Shown one piece after another: positions 24,530 to 35,266 of a DNA stretch of 52,042 nucleotides. This DNA is from a virus. Its lineage: Duplodnaviria; Caudoviricetes. The DNA lies in IMG/VR virus record IMGVR_UViG_3300021475_000019, positions 1 to 52,042 of that record, one strand, 5' to 3'. The translations under genes were made by a program, and so were the position numbers. Positions within the stretch are counted from its first letter, which is position 1. Every line of letters begins with the position of its first letter. The notes under the pieces were generated by a model. It worked only from the letters and a program-made list of their open reading frames with translations, was not told the origin of the DNA and ran no database searches.

Positions 24530-26709
24530 GCGCCCCCTCCCGGCCCATTGTCGTTTTGTGGTTCCGGCGTGGCGGCCTTGGCCATGTCGACGACGACCTG
24601 GGCCATGTCGACCTGATGGTCGAGGGCCTGCTGGACCTGCTGCACCTGGAGCTTGGCGTCGTCGTAGGCCTGCTGCTGGGCGAGCTTGTCCCTTCTGAAC
24701 GCCTCGTCCTGGGCCTGCTTCTGGGCGTTGAACTGCTGGGTCCCGATGTCCTTCGCGGTCTGGCTCTTGACCTTCTCGTAGTTGGCGCGTGCCGCGATGG
24801 TCATCGCGTCGGGCTCCTTCGGCGCGCTCTGCATCTGCTGGATGACCTGCGGCGGCGGCGTCTTGAAGTAGCGGCCGGTGTTTTTAATGTTGGCGATTTC
24901 CAGCATATCGCTAATCGTGTTGAGCATCTCCGGGATGCCGACGACCGGGTTCTGCGGCCCGAATTGCTGGAAGACCATCATCTGGTCCTGCTTGATCTGC
25001 TGCAGGGTCATCATCCGCACCGTGTCCGAGCCCTTGCCCAGCGTCGGGTTGACCTCGACGCTCATGTCGGCGTCGAACATCGACGTGTGGTAGGTAGCCC
25101 ATGAGCCGTTGATCTTCAGCGTGCGCGACTGGTTCTCGTTCTCCACGATCTCGTTGAACAGCCCGTGAAACAAATCGCGGTAGCCTGTCTCGGCGAGGAC
25201 GCGCGCGACCAGTTCGGTCCTTTCCTGCTGGCCGTTGATGACCGCCTCGACGCCGATCATCGTGCTGCTCTGCAGGGCCTTCGGGTCGAGCCCGCGCGCG
25301 GCGTCGGAGAGGCCCGTGCGGCGCTGCTGCACGGCGTCGAGGTATTCGAGGACCGGCAGGGCCTGCTGGCCGACGAAGGGGGTCGAGGCGAATTGCACGG
25401 CGGCCGAGGGGTCGCCCCTGGTCCTGATCACGGCGCCCAGGTCGTCGTTGAGCGCGTCGTCGAGATTGGTCACCAGCTCGTTGACGACCGTCTTCGGGTT
25501 GATGCTTTCGGCCAAGCTATCCAACACGCCGCGCGTCATGTTGGTCTTGATGCGCTGGATGTCGATGGTGAGGTCGGCGATGCTGTCGCCGACCAGGGTG
25601 TGGGCGATGGGGTCACAGGAGAAGAGCGCGATCTTGATCCGGTTGGCGGGCTCGTCGCGCACGATGGCGTGGTCCTCGCCCATGGTGCAGATGTAGCGCA
25701 GCTCGGCGACGCCATCGCCGTCGCTGTCGGCGCGGATGTACCACTCGCCGTACAGGACGCCGTCGCCGACGCGGGTCGACATGCCCCGGCCGGGGTTCCT
25801 AATCATGGCCTCCATGGTGAAGTTGTGGACATCCTGCGTCTGCAGGTAGTTCGCGGCGAGGTCGCGCGGGTAGCCCATCGCGGTCAGTTCATCGATGGAG
25901 ACGATCCGTTCATGGCCGACGAGGCGGGACTTGGCGAAGGTCCGCGCATAACGATCCAGTCGCATCTCCTCCGGCGGCACGCCCTCGACGCGGGTGATCG
26001 GCTTGTTCTCGGTGCCCTCGATGGTGACATCGACGCCACCCTGCTCATTTTGCACCAGAGAGCCCGGCACGACGGTTGCGGTCGGCTCCTCCGACATCAG
26101 CATCTGGAGCTGCTCCATGCTGATGTTTTGGAACTGCTTGCGCTTCACCGCCTTGGTGTTGTCGGTCCACCACTTGACGAAGCCGGTCTTCACCGTCAGC
26201 GCATCCTTGAAGGCGCCATACAAGGTCAGGAAGCCGGGGTTGTCTTGCCAGAAAACGTAATTGCAATAATTGGTCGCCTGCTCGGCCATCGCCTCATCTT
26301 GGGGGCTGCGCGGAACGAGACTGATGACGTTCTCGGACGCGGCGAAGATGCGCACCAGCGAGGGCAGCATCATCAGGATGGCGTCGCGCACGTCGGTGGA
26401 GATGAATGAGCTTTTCGATGGGCCTTCGGTCGGGCCGAGCATCTCCTCGAAGGTGGCGTTGGGGTCTTCGACGATCAGCGTGTCGCTGTAGCCGGTGAGG
26501 CCGCCCAGTGACGGCAGCATGCCGTAGTAGTATTTCTGCGCTTCGTCGCGCTTGGGCGCGAGGACGCTATTCTCGTAGTCCTTGCTGTCGGTGATCATCG
26601 CGTGGATGAATTGGCGATAGGTATCGGGATCGCCGGGGTCGTATGTGTTCGGTGTTCCGCCGTCACCCTTGAAGGTGAAGATGCGTTCGACGCCGTCGGT
26701 GTTGGCCAT
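24526..26709 (-). CDS. Portal protein (P22-like)
   Basis: 727 aa, AEQATNYCNYVF, FKDALTVKTGFVKWW, Q-rich C-terminal barrel. Follows the terminase. Confidence 0.88.
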   Translation of the reverse strand: MANTDGVERIFTFKGDGGTPNTYDPGDPDTYRQFIHAMITDSKDYENSVLAPKRDEAQKYYYGMLPSLGGLTGYSDTLIVEDPNATFEEMLGPTEGPSKSSFISTDVRDAILMMLPSLVRIFAASENVISLVPRSPQDEAMAEQATNYCNYVFWQDNPGFLTLYGAFKDALTVKTGFVKWWTDNTKAVKRKQFQNISMEQLQMLMSEEPTATVVPGSLVQNEQGGVDVTIEGTENKPITRVEGVPPEEMRLDRYARTFAKSRLVGHERIVSIDELTAMGYPRDLAANYLQTQDVHNFTMEAMIRNPGRGMSTRVGDGVLYGEWYIRADSDGDGVAELRYICTMGEDHAIVRDEPANRIKIALFSCDPIAHTLVGDSIADLTIDIQRIKTNMTRGVLDSLAESINPKTVVNELVTNLDDALNDDLGAVIRTRGDPSAAVQFASTPFVGQQALPVLEYLDAVQQRRTGLSDAARGLDPKALQSSTMIGVEAVINGQQERTELVARVLAETGYRDLFHGLFNEIVENENQSRTLKINGSWATYHTSMFDADMSVEVNPTLGKGSDTVRMMTLQQIKQDQMMVFQQFGPQNPVVGIPEMLNTISDMLEIANIKNTGRYFKTPPPQVIQQMQSAPKEPDAMTIAARANYEKVKSQTAKDIGTQQFNAQKQAQDEAFRRDKLAQQQAYDDAKLQVQQVQQALDHQVDMAQVVVDMAKAATPEPQNDNGPGGGA

Positions 26710-27107
26710 TGGCCATCGCGCTCCGAGGAGGACCAACCAGGCGGAGAGCTGGTCCCTTGGAGCTGACCGAATACTGGCGACCTTATCCTGATTTCATAGG
26801 TCCTGTCATGCCCCCAATGGTCGCGTGGCTCAGGAGCGAGCGGTCGAAGGGGGAGTACTGGCTTCGGCCGCAGTGGTGGCTCGCCGAGCATGATCCCTGA
26901 CGAGCCACGCGGTGAGGAAATCAACCAAACACTCGATTTGGCTCCGATTGACGACGACGCTCGCCTCTTCATCGCCCTTATCGAGTATGGAAAGCTCCAC
27001 TCGCGGCTCATCGAAACACGGCTCGACGACCAATTCCCTCGTTTCCCCGCGCCCGCTCTCGGTCAGCATCAGTCTGGCGCTAAGGTAGTCGACATCCGGC
27101 GGCTTGT

Positions 27108-28466
27108 TCACACGATGCCTCGGATCTTCCGCCGCATGGCGCCGCGCCGGAGCATTGAGGCCGATAGGCCGGTGACGAGGTGGAAGCCGACGGCGGCGGT
27201 CTGGAAGGCGTCGGCGCCGTGGCTGTGCGGTCCTGGCCCATGCACCGGCTGGCCCATCTTGCTCTTGTGGTAGCCGCGCAGCATGGCCAACCCGGTCTTG
27301 CATTTGACCTCGTCGAAATAGGCCGCGCCGAGCATGGCGCGCGAAGCGTTGATGCCGTCCTCCTTACTGCGGATGCGGGGCACGGTGATGATCGGCTCGT
27401 CCTTCGGGATCAATTCGCCGAGCGTCGCGCGTCGGCTCTTGGCCGACGAGATCTCGCGCGCCTCGATGTCGTGTGGCAGGAGGTGGCACTGGTAGTGAAA
27501 GGCGCCCTCGGTCGCCTTCTTGCGCAAGACCGAGGTCCAATGATTAAAGTCCTTGCCGACGCCCATCATGTAGTCGACGAAGTGGACCTCGCGGCCGGTG
27601 TTCTGCCACAGCCAGATCGAGGTGTAGTCGTGGACGCCGAGGTCCCATGAGGTGATGACCGGGCTCGAAAGATCGACCGGCACGCTGCACACCCGGCCCT
27701 GCAGGGCGAGTGCGTTGAGGGCCTCGGCGTAATAGGCGCCCTCGACCGGCGCGTCGAACGAGCATTCCATCTCGCGCGCGTATTCGTCGGGGCTCATGTC
27801 CTGGGTCAGCTCTTTGGCTTCGGCGTAGGACAGCGCCTCCTCGCCTGTCTCTGAGAGGGGGATCAGGAACACGTCCCATCGGTCTGGGTCGGCCTCGGCG
27901 CGCAGGCGCAGGGTGTTGAAGTGGTCGTCGCCGTTGCTCGTTCCGCTGACGATGGCCCAGCCCCGATAGTCGGCCAGGGCCGGTCGGACGACGGTCGAGA
28001 ACACGGTCTTTTGCAGCAAGGGGTACTCGTCCAACGCGATGCCGTCGAAGTACATGCCCCTCATTCTCTCGTAGGCGCTCATGCCGCCGTAGAGCTTGAT
28101 GATCGCGCCGTTGTGCGGCATCACGATTGCAAGTTCGCCTTCGAGGAAGCGCACGCCGTCGATGCTCGCGGTGTACTGCTTCAGGTAGGACCAGACGAGA
28201 TCTTTGGCCTGTTCGAACGACGGGCCAACGTAGCCGTAGCGCGGCGGCGGCCACTGCCTGGGGTTGAGGTAGGCGGCCCTGATCAAATGATTGGCGATGG
28301 CCACTGTCTTGCCTGCGCGTCGGTGGCAGCAGGCGAAGATCCACCTTTTCTGCGAGGCGTGCAGGCGCAGGAAATGACGGCGCGGCCGGTAGGGAATGAC
28401 CAGCGGCGCGTCGGCGCCGCTGGCGTTGTCGTTGGCGTGCGTCTGGTTGTCGGTGGCGAAGGTCAC
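27108..28466 (-). CDS. terL: Terminase large subunit
   Basis: Walker A HRRAGKT, Walker B IALDEY, SGT coupling motif, RNase H-like WDLG...D, LPHD, HGADAF. Confidence 0.93.
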   Translation of the reverse strand: MTFATDNQTHANDNASGADAPLVIPYRPRRHFLRLHASQKRWIFACCHRRAGKTVAIANHLIRAAYLNPRQWPPPRYGYVGPSFEQAKDLVWSYLKQYTASIDGVRFLEGELAIVMPHNGAIIKLYGGMSAYERMRGMYFDGIALDEYPLLQKTVFSTVVRPALADYRGWAIVSGTSNGDDHFNTLRLRAEADPDRWDVFLIPLSETGEEALSYAEAKELTQDMSPDEYAREMECSFDAPVEGAYYAEALNALALQGRVCSVPVDLSSPVITSWDLGVHDYTSIWLWQNTGREVHFVDYMMGVGKDFNHWTSVLRKKATEGAFHYQCHLLPHDIEAREISSAKSRRATLGELIPKDEPIITVPRIRSKEDGINASRAMLGAAYFDEVKCKTGLAMLRGYHKSKMGQPVHGPGPHSHGADAFQTAAVGFHLVTGLSASMLRRGAMRRKIRGIV

Positions 28467-28919
28467 TTAGCCGTGCGGGGTGGGCTGCACCGGGGGCGCG
28501 GTCTTCACCGTCCAGGTCTGCGTGTTGGGGTTCCAGATGGCGAGGACGACCTCATGGGCGATGTCTTCAGGCGGGGGCGGCAGCTCCTCGCCCGATGGCG
28601 GCACCCACGGATGTGCGGGGCCAGGGGGCAGGCCCTGATCGGGGCGGGCGGGGCCGCCTTCCTCGATGCCCCAGCTCGGATCGACCGGGCGGCCAGGACG
28701 CACAGGGCCGGTGCTGGGGTACTCAGGGGACCAAGAGCCGGGGGGCCGGTTGCCGACATGCGGCGGGCGGCCGGGCAAGCCCTGGTCGGGATAGTAGCCG
28801 CCGCCGGGCAAGCCCTGGTCGGGATACGCGGGGGAGCCGGGCAGGCCTTGGTCGGGGTGCAGACCGGGGATACGGCCCGGCATTTCACCGAGCGGGATGA
28901 TCAACGCGATTTGAGCCAT
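28467..28919 (-). CDS. Proline-rich protein with PDQGLP repeats
   Basis: PDQGLP occurs four times. RBS GGAGG upstream. Confidence 0.7.
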   Translation of the reverse strand: MAQIALIIPLGEMPGRIPGLHPDQGLPGSPAYPDQGLPGGGYYPDQGLPGRPPHVGNRPPGSWSPEYPSTGPVRPGRPVDPSWGIEEGGPARPDQGLPPGPAHPWVPPSGEELPPPPEDIAHEVVLAIWNPNTQTWTVKTAPPVQPTPHG

Positions 28920-28953
28920 TGGGAAAACCTCCTTGGGGAGGCCTTCGGGCTTA

Positions 28954-29465
28954 TCACGCTGGTGTGACAACAGATACGCATGGCGCGGGGCCATCATCGA
29001 TTTCGCCAATCTCGATCAGCCATTCGCGGGCTTTCGTTCGTTCGGCCTCGTCGGGAATGTCGGCGAGCCATTGGCAGACGTGGCAGCGTTCGCGAACCTC
29101 GTCGAGCATGTCATAAACGTCGGCCCCGCAATCCTTGCAAACGAAGGTGAGGTCTTTCATTTGCGAACGGTCACGCGGATGAAGGCGTCAGGTCCGCGCA
29201 GGTTGCGGACGAAGTCGGCGAAGCTCTCGGAGCCGCAAAGCGCGCGGATCTGCCGCTCCTCCTTGTAGCGTTTGATGGTTCTGAGGCCTTCGACAGCGCA
29301 GTCTGGGCAATAGGCCTTGGACACGAACAGAAAGCCGCCGCTCTCCGGCCTGTCGGTCCAGTCCTGGTCGCAGATGTCGCAGACGACATTGCGGCCAACC
29401 GGGATTGCCTCGCCTGGGTGTTCGAAGGCGGCATCCCACGCCTGCTTCATTTCGTCCTTCATCAT
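28954..29465 (-). CDS. Two small Zn-finger proteins (28954-29160, 29157-29465)
   Basis: CxxC pairs in each ORF, with overlapping start/stop codons. Confidence 0.6.
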
Positions 29466-29872
29466 TCCTCCTCGACCGTGCCTTCGATCATTGGCGGCTC
29501 AGGTCTGCGACTGTCCTCAGGCGGGAGCCACGTGAGGGTGAGCGCGCCGCCCTTGCTCGGCATTTTGAGCTCAAGATCGTTCGCGTGATGGAAGCCGCGT
29601 CGTTGCGCCGCGCGGCTCTTGAGGAACTCTTTCGCCGAGGCGAGCTGGTTGGAGAAGTGGTCCTCGTCGTTAAGGCCCTTGAACAGGACGGAGAGCGTCT
29701 TGTCGACGCCGCGCGCGATCACCTCGTCGAGCGCGCGTCTGAGGACCGGCGTGTTCATGATGAAGAGGCGCAGCTCCTCGCTGTCGGCCTCGATGTCGTC
29801 GGCGACGGCGGTGATGTCGCCGTTCTTGGCGATGATCATCGGCCTAAGCGCGTCGGGGTCGAAGTCGCTCAT
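29462..29872 (-). CDS. Possible terminase small subunit
   Basis: HTH-like N-terminus (GDITAVADDI), A.KEFLKS....RG motif, upstream of terL. Confidence 0.45.
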   Translation of the reverse strand: MSDFDPDALRPMIIAKNGDITAVADDIEADSEELRLFIMNTPVLRRALDEVIARGVDKTLSVLFKGLNDEDHFSNQLASAKEFLKSRAAQRRGFHHANDLELKMPSKGGALTLTWLPPEDSRRPEPPMIEGTVEEE

Positions 29873-31961
29873 CGCCTCATCATCCTGTGCAGCTCCCTGG
29901 CGGCGTCCACCAGAGGCTTGTGCGCCCGCACGCAATAGGCGACGCCGTTGCGGTAGCCGACGCCGTAGGCCACCATCAGGCCGACGACGATGCCGCAGGT
30001 GAGCGTGAGGTTGCTCATGCTTTATTGACCGGCTTGCTGTCGAGGACCTCCTGCACGATCTCGTTGATCGAACCGGCGGGCATGTCGGTATCAAGCGCGG
30101 GGTCGTAGGTCTTTGCCGCGCAGACGTGGCAGATGACCTCGACGAGGCCGGGCGTGAGGCGCAGGACCTTTTGGCCCGATGGGTAGACGCCGACTTTCTC
30201 GCCGCACAAGGCGCAATCCATCGTCGTCTGACCGGGATGCACCTTGTGCATGTCGATCAGGCGCATGGCGACGAGGGCCGTTCGTTGCTTGCTCACGCCA
30301 GGACCTTCTCGCGGATCGGCGTGGCCTTGGTGCCGCGCACGCGGACCTCGACCAGCCCCCGCAGCGCGCGGCTTTTACGGTTGTTGTTTACGGGTTTGTT
30401 GTTGTAGGCCTTGTCCGCCAACTCATGGGCGATCCAGTAGATGTCGATCTCCACATCGACGTCGACCTCGACCTTTTGCTTCAACTTGCGGTCCCAGACG
30501 GGAACGTTCCTGAGGAGGCGCGTCTCTTTCATTTGCGGCCCTTGGTCGCCTTGCCGAGCCTCTTGCTCATGCGGGGCTCCTGCGTGTCGCCGGTCGGCGC
30601 GGGCATGGTCGAGCCGCGCGCCACGTCGGGGCGGAACTCGTTGTAGACCCGGCCCTTGAGGCTGGGCGGGCGCTCTTCGGGCTTGCCGGGCGCCTGGGCG
30701 GTGAAGCCGCGTTCGAACTTGGTCGTCGGAGCGGATTTGCCGCCCTTCGTGGTTTGCTTGGCCATCATCCTTCTCCTCGGTTGGCTTCCCACACCTGCGA
30801 GCGCGAGGGCACGCAATTGCAGAAGCCTTCGTAGTCCCCCCGCCATCTGAAGTTCTGGTTCTGCTGCGCCTGCGCCTGCGCGCACTGGGCCTGCTGGGCC
30901 GCCTGCATCTGCGCCAGCTCGCCCTGGGCCTGTAGCAGGGCGAGGTTCTGCTCCGGCAACCAGAGCGGGCCGACGCGCTGGAGCTGCTCGCGCTCGCGGT
31001 CGAACGCCTCACGGGCCTCGCGGGCTTGCTTGACGATGCGCTGGGCCGTCTCGCGCCAGTGGGTGGTCAGGTGCTGTTCGAGGAGGATCTCGCGCTCCAG
31101 GCGTTCGATGTGGTCGACGAGGCGGGCCTGCGAGCGTTGGAGGCGCGCGTTCTCCTTGGTCAGGCGTTCGACCTCGCTCTCGACCGGGATTTGGACCGGC
31201 CTTTCCGGCCTGGGCAGGAGCGCCACCAGGGCGCCGACGAATGCGGTCAGGGTCAATGCAGTCTCTCCTCTGTGCTGATCTCCGTCACTTCCACGATAGA
31301 CTTGGCCGCCTTGAGCGCGATCTCGATCAATCTTACCGCGTCGTGGGGCTCGATGTTGGCGATGATCGCGCCCTGCTTGTCCTGGCCGAACAGGAGCATC
31401 GTGAAGGTCATGCCTTGATCTTCGATCAGTCGCGCCGCCGCGCGGGCGGCGTCCTGCTGGTGCGGCGTGAGCAGGTCCCATCCGGCGCTCACGCCGTCGT
31501 CTCCTTCGCCGGATAGACGCGGTCGCTGACGCGCGAGAGCCTGCCGCGCGCGAAGCCGATGTGGAAGAGGAACGCCTCGCGATGATGTGAGCCCTGGCCG
31601 ACCATGGCCTTGGTGAGGGCGTGCCGGGCCTCGATCAGCGCCCGCTCGACCTCGCGCAGGTCGTCGAGGTTCTGCTTGTCGTCTTCGGTCATGATGCGTC
31701 CTGGGCGTGATTGGCGGGCTTGAGGAGGCGGTCGGGCTCCAGGAGGTCGCGCACGGTGGCGATGAACGCCTGGGCGTTTGGGTCGTCGGCGGGGGCGTTG
31801 GCGGCGATGATGTCGAGGCTGTCGCGGAGGAGCTGCCGCAGCGTTTTGCCGGGATGTCTGCGCCGCCAGCGCATGTGGCTGCACATGTAGTCGGCGCGCT
31901 TCTGGTTATCGTTGGCGACCGGCAGATTGTCATTGGCGGGTTCCCGCTTTTTGCGGCGCAT
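29870..31961 (-). CDS. Cluster of short hypothetical ORFs (e.g. 30015-30296, 30293-30532, 30529-30765, 30765-~31250, 31489-31692, 31689-31961)
   Basis: Chain of overlapping-start small ORFs on the minus strand with no recognisable domains. Boundaries approximate. Confidence 0.45.
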
Positions 31962-32232
31962 ATCGGGCCTCCCCCTTGTCCTGTTCGCGTCATTTTTGAC
32001 CAGAATACTTCCGTGGAAGCAGGTCTAAGCCAGCTCATGCCGCGCGAATGTTAGTTTGCTTACAAGTTGCTTGGATCTTTATTTGATCACGTTCCCGTGA
32101 TCGCCCTTTCACCAGCACCCTGCAACTTGCTAACAGTAACAAACTAACTTCCGCTGCGGTCCAGTCCCAAAAATGGGGAGGCGGTGTTCTCAACCGTTCT
32201 ATAGCTGGGCAAAGTGACCACCCCAGATTACC

Positions 32233-32502
32233 TCAATGTTGCTTTTGGCCCGCTAAGCCCTTGTCGCGCTTGGCGATCCACTTATCCACAGCTCCGGCTC
32301 TAATTTCCGGCCAGTGGTGGAGTATCTCAAAAATGATCTCGGCCATGCGCGGCACGGGCCGCTCACCCTTCAGCCACCGCCGCACCGTGATCGGCTGCAC
32401 CCCCAAAAACCGCGCGATTTCAGCATGAAAAATCCGCCGGTCCTCCTTCCGGCCGTTCCGTAAACATTGCTCGATCACATCATTCAACCGCTCCGGCGAC
32501 AT
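32233..32502 (-). CDS. XRE-family HTH regulator (paralogue 1)
   Basis: AEIARFLGVQPITVRRWLKGERPVP. Confidence 0.8.
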   Translation of the reverse strand: MSPERLNDVIEQCLRNGRKEDRRIFHAEIARFLGVQPITVRRWLKGERPVPRMAEIIFEILHHWPEIRAGAVDKWIAKRDKGLAGQKQH

Positions 32503-32651
32503 CGCTGCTCCACCTCCTGAAACGGGAGAACGTAGCAAACCTACGCTTCAGACGGGGCAAGTATTCGGTAAACAATCTAACAACTCATTGTGATCAAACA
32601 AGTTGTGGGTAAGCAACGTTATGTTGCTTTAGGCACCCTAAGCCCTTGACT

Positions 32652-32873
32652 TCATCGGCCCCAGGCCGCACGAACCTCAGGCCAGTCGTGGAAAATCTCC
32701 ATCACAATCTCCACACTGCGCGGGATCGGCGCCTCACCCTTCAACCAACGCCGGAGCGTCATCGGCGTCACCCCCAAAAAGCGCGCCACATTGGCGTAAC
32801 TGTACGGCAGGCCCTGGCTGCGCCGCCGCCGAAAACACTCCTCAATCAATTCGTTAAGTCGCTCTGGGGTCAT
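32652..32873 (-). CDS. XRE-family HTH regulator (paralogue 2)
   Basis: ANVARFLGVTPMTLRRWLKGEAPIP. Clear paralogue of 32233-32502. Confidence 0.8.
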   Translation of the reverse strand: MTPERLNELIEECFRRRRSQGLPYSYANVARFLGVTPMTLRRWLKGEAPIPRSVEIVMEIFHDWPEVRAAWGR

Positions 32874-33084
32874 CGGACCCCTCCCCGCCGCACTCGCCTC
32901 CCCCTGTTAACATCCCGCGCCCGGCGGCCTCATTAGGCAATAGGTATTTCTACCTATGCTCACACCCCCCGCAAGCCCGCAAAGGCCCGGCGTTGTGGGC
33001 TTTTGCGCTCATTTGTGCCGATGGACCATACGGCGCCCCCGGCACATTTACGCCCGCTGGGCCCTCCTACATAATTGATGCATC

Positions 33085-33240
33085 ATGCGAAAACCGCGCC
33101 CGGCCCCCGAACGGGTCGTCCTCACCATGCCCAAAGACCTCCTCGATCAGATCGATGAATACCGCTGGGCCAACCGCATCCCATCGCGCGCCGAAGCCAT
33201 CCGCCAGCTCATCAAAGAAGGCCTCCGGCTCAAGAAGTAG
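33085..33240 (+). CDS. Ribbon-helix-helix (CopG-like) regulator, 51 aa
   Basis: Manual translation MRKPRPAPERVVLTMPKDLLDQIDEYRWANRIPSRAEAIRQLIKEGLRLKK; below the ORF-track length cutoff. Confidence 0.8.
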   Translation: MRKPRPAPERVVLTMPKDLLDQIDEYRWANRIPSRAEAIRQLIKEGLRLKK

Positions 33241-33294
33241 CCGACAAAAAAAGACTGGAGCCTCCCGACGGTATGGCGAAAAGATGGCGGCGGG

Positions 33295-33609
33295 CTAACT
33301 CGCCGCCCCCTTCTTCCGCGCCCGCCAGCCGCGCATGTACGCCTTCATGTACGTTTTCATGTAGGCCTTCTGGTAGGCGTTGCGGTCGAAGCCCTTCTTC
33401 TTCACAGGCGGCGCCAGAACCTCCTCGCTCTTCAACACGCGACCGTCCTGGACAAAGGCCCGACCTTGGACAGCAGCCTCCTTAAACGCCGCCTTCCCCA
33501 CCGCAGCCCCCACCCGCTCCGACGCCTCGCTCAAAACCGCCCGCGCCCTCTCAAGCCGCTCAGGAGCAGGCCGAGGAGCCGGGACCTCGTCGGCGTAATT
33601 GATCGCCAT
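33295..33609 (-). CDS. Hypothetical protein with basic YM-repeat C-terminus
   Basis: AYQKAYMKTYMKAYMRGWRARKK. Confidence 0.55.
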   Translation of the reverse strand: MAINYADEVPAPRPAPERLERARAVLSEASERVGAAVGKAAFKEAAVQGRAFVQDGRVLKSEEVLAPPVKKKGFDRNAYQKAYMKTYMKAYMRGWRARKKGAAS

Positions 33610-33611
33610 TT

Positions 33612-34280
33612 GTTAAGACCTTTACTGCGATGTTAAGACCTTTACTGTTAAGACCTTAATTGTGCCAGTAAAGACCTTAACAGGTCAAGATTTAACCTAT
33701 ACCATTTTGGCCGTGTGGTCTGAAAACGGGGGGCGTGATGGGATGGGTCCCCCCCTTCGGGGGCCTCCCCCAACAACCACCTATAGGGGGGTCTTTTCGG
33801 TTGGCCAGAAAGCGGGGGTAGGGTCCCCAGACCCGGTTGTGCTAACGTTGATCACATCAACGATCTATGATCAGGTCACGTAACCACTTGATATCGCATC
33901 GAGTTCCACGCTGGAATACGATACGTCTGCTAACCTATTGATATTGTTAGGTTGCATTCCCGCACGGTGCGGGATTTGGCTGTGTGATGCAATGCGCGCA
34001 TGGCTCACGTGGATAATGCGGTTGTGGTGCGGTTGCATGCGGTTGCGACCCAGTCTCGGACAAGCTTAAATAAAACCAGACGCGCAAGCCTGCGTCAAGC
34101 CTGCATCGAGGCGGATGTGGCTCAAACTTCGGATTGCCCGCAATTATAGTACACTGAAGTATTGTTTGAGACTATACTGGTTAAAAAACAGTGATGTAAA
34201 CTCAAAAACCTAAATGATTTCAATGGGTTAAAAGTGATGTAGCCTCGGCGCTGTAAAGGAGTGCAGGTCTCTGATATGGT
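33612..34280. other. Long AT-richer non-coding region with direct repeats (candidate origin or packaging site)
   Basis: GTWAAGACCTT four times (33612, 33632, 33647, 33668), G/C runs, TAACC.(A/C)TTGA.AT motifs, TCCCGCAC-g-GTGCGGGA palindrome at 33958-33974. Confidence 0.5.
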
Positions 34281-34281
34281 A

Positions 34282-35040
34282 TCAGAGCCCCCGATCTCTG
34301 GCTTGTTTGGTTCTGAGCAATAGTCTTGCGGCGTTCAGTCTTTGTTGTGGATCGTCGCTATCTAGAGCAGCGAGTATGGTGCATTGGGCATTATCGAGGG
34401 CTTGTTGCAGCGTTTCCTGGGTATTGGCTCGCCAGATTGGTGTGAGGTCGATGCCTGTGTCGGCTAATGGTCTGAAGGTCTTGAGGACATCGCTATCGCC
34501 TGCTCTGTCGCTTGCCTGCTGGTTGGCGAGCTGGTGCAGTCTGAGCGTGATCATGCGGCGTCTCATCTGCTCGCGGAGCTTACGACTGCGATAGACGACC
34601 TGTGCGCGGCCTCCCCATGAGGCTGGCGCTGGCTTGAGCTTGAGGCGCTCAGAGCTTTCGACTTTGGCAATGAGTTCGTCCAGGCGCTTGTCCTGGGCCT
34701 TCCTACGGCTATCTCGACCGAAGCCGTAGGCTGCAGCGTATTTGATGTTCATCGCATCGCAGCATTGGGTGCAGCGTGGCGCGTCGTCGATCAGGTAGAG
34801 CGTGACGGCGAGCTTGGCGCATTTCGGGCACACGAAGTACGACCAGCCGCCGCCATTCGGGAAGCGCACGTGGCCGGTGCCGATGAGCTTCGTTGTGCCA
34901 TCGGGGAATGGGATGACGGCCTGGCGCTTGGCCGGATCGATCACGCCCATGGCGCGGAAGCGCGATACGCGCACGCTCTGGAACTCATCGAAAAACCGGC
35001 GATTGTCGGCGTCTGATCGACGTTTGCCCATGGGCTGCAC
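34282..35040 (-). CDS. Hypothetical Zn-finger protein
   Basis: GGGWSYFVCPKC...LY....RCTQCC motif, 252 aa. Confidence 0.65.
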   Translation of the reverse strand: MQPMGKRRSDADNRRFFDEFQSVRVSRFRAMGVIDPAKRQAVIPFPDGTTKLIGTGHVRFPNGGGWSYFVCPKCAKLAVTLYLIDDAPRCTQCCDAMNIKYAAAYGFGRDSRRKAQDKRLDELIAKVESSERLKLKPAPASWGGRAQVVYRSRKLREQMRRRMITLRLHQLANQQASDRAGDSDVLKTFRPLADTGIDLTPIWRANTQETLQQALDNAQCTILAALDSDDPQQRLNAARLLLRTKQARDRGL

Positions 35041-35266
35041 GATAACAAATTCGTGCGTTGAGGTGAAGGTGTTGTCAGGCTGCCATCGCTGGGGTTATGG
35101 GTCACGCCGATGAGCCACCTCCAGCCCCTAACTTTCGTGTTCATCTTGATCATCGTTTTTTGCGCTGGCTGGTGCTGCGCATTGTGGTGGCTGCAGTGGT
35201 TGCGAAAATGAGCGACGATCCCATCATCCACACCAAGGCCAAGCAGCCAAAACAGGCCACGCTCAA

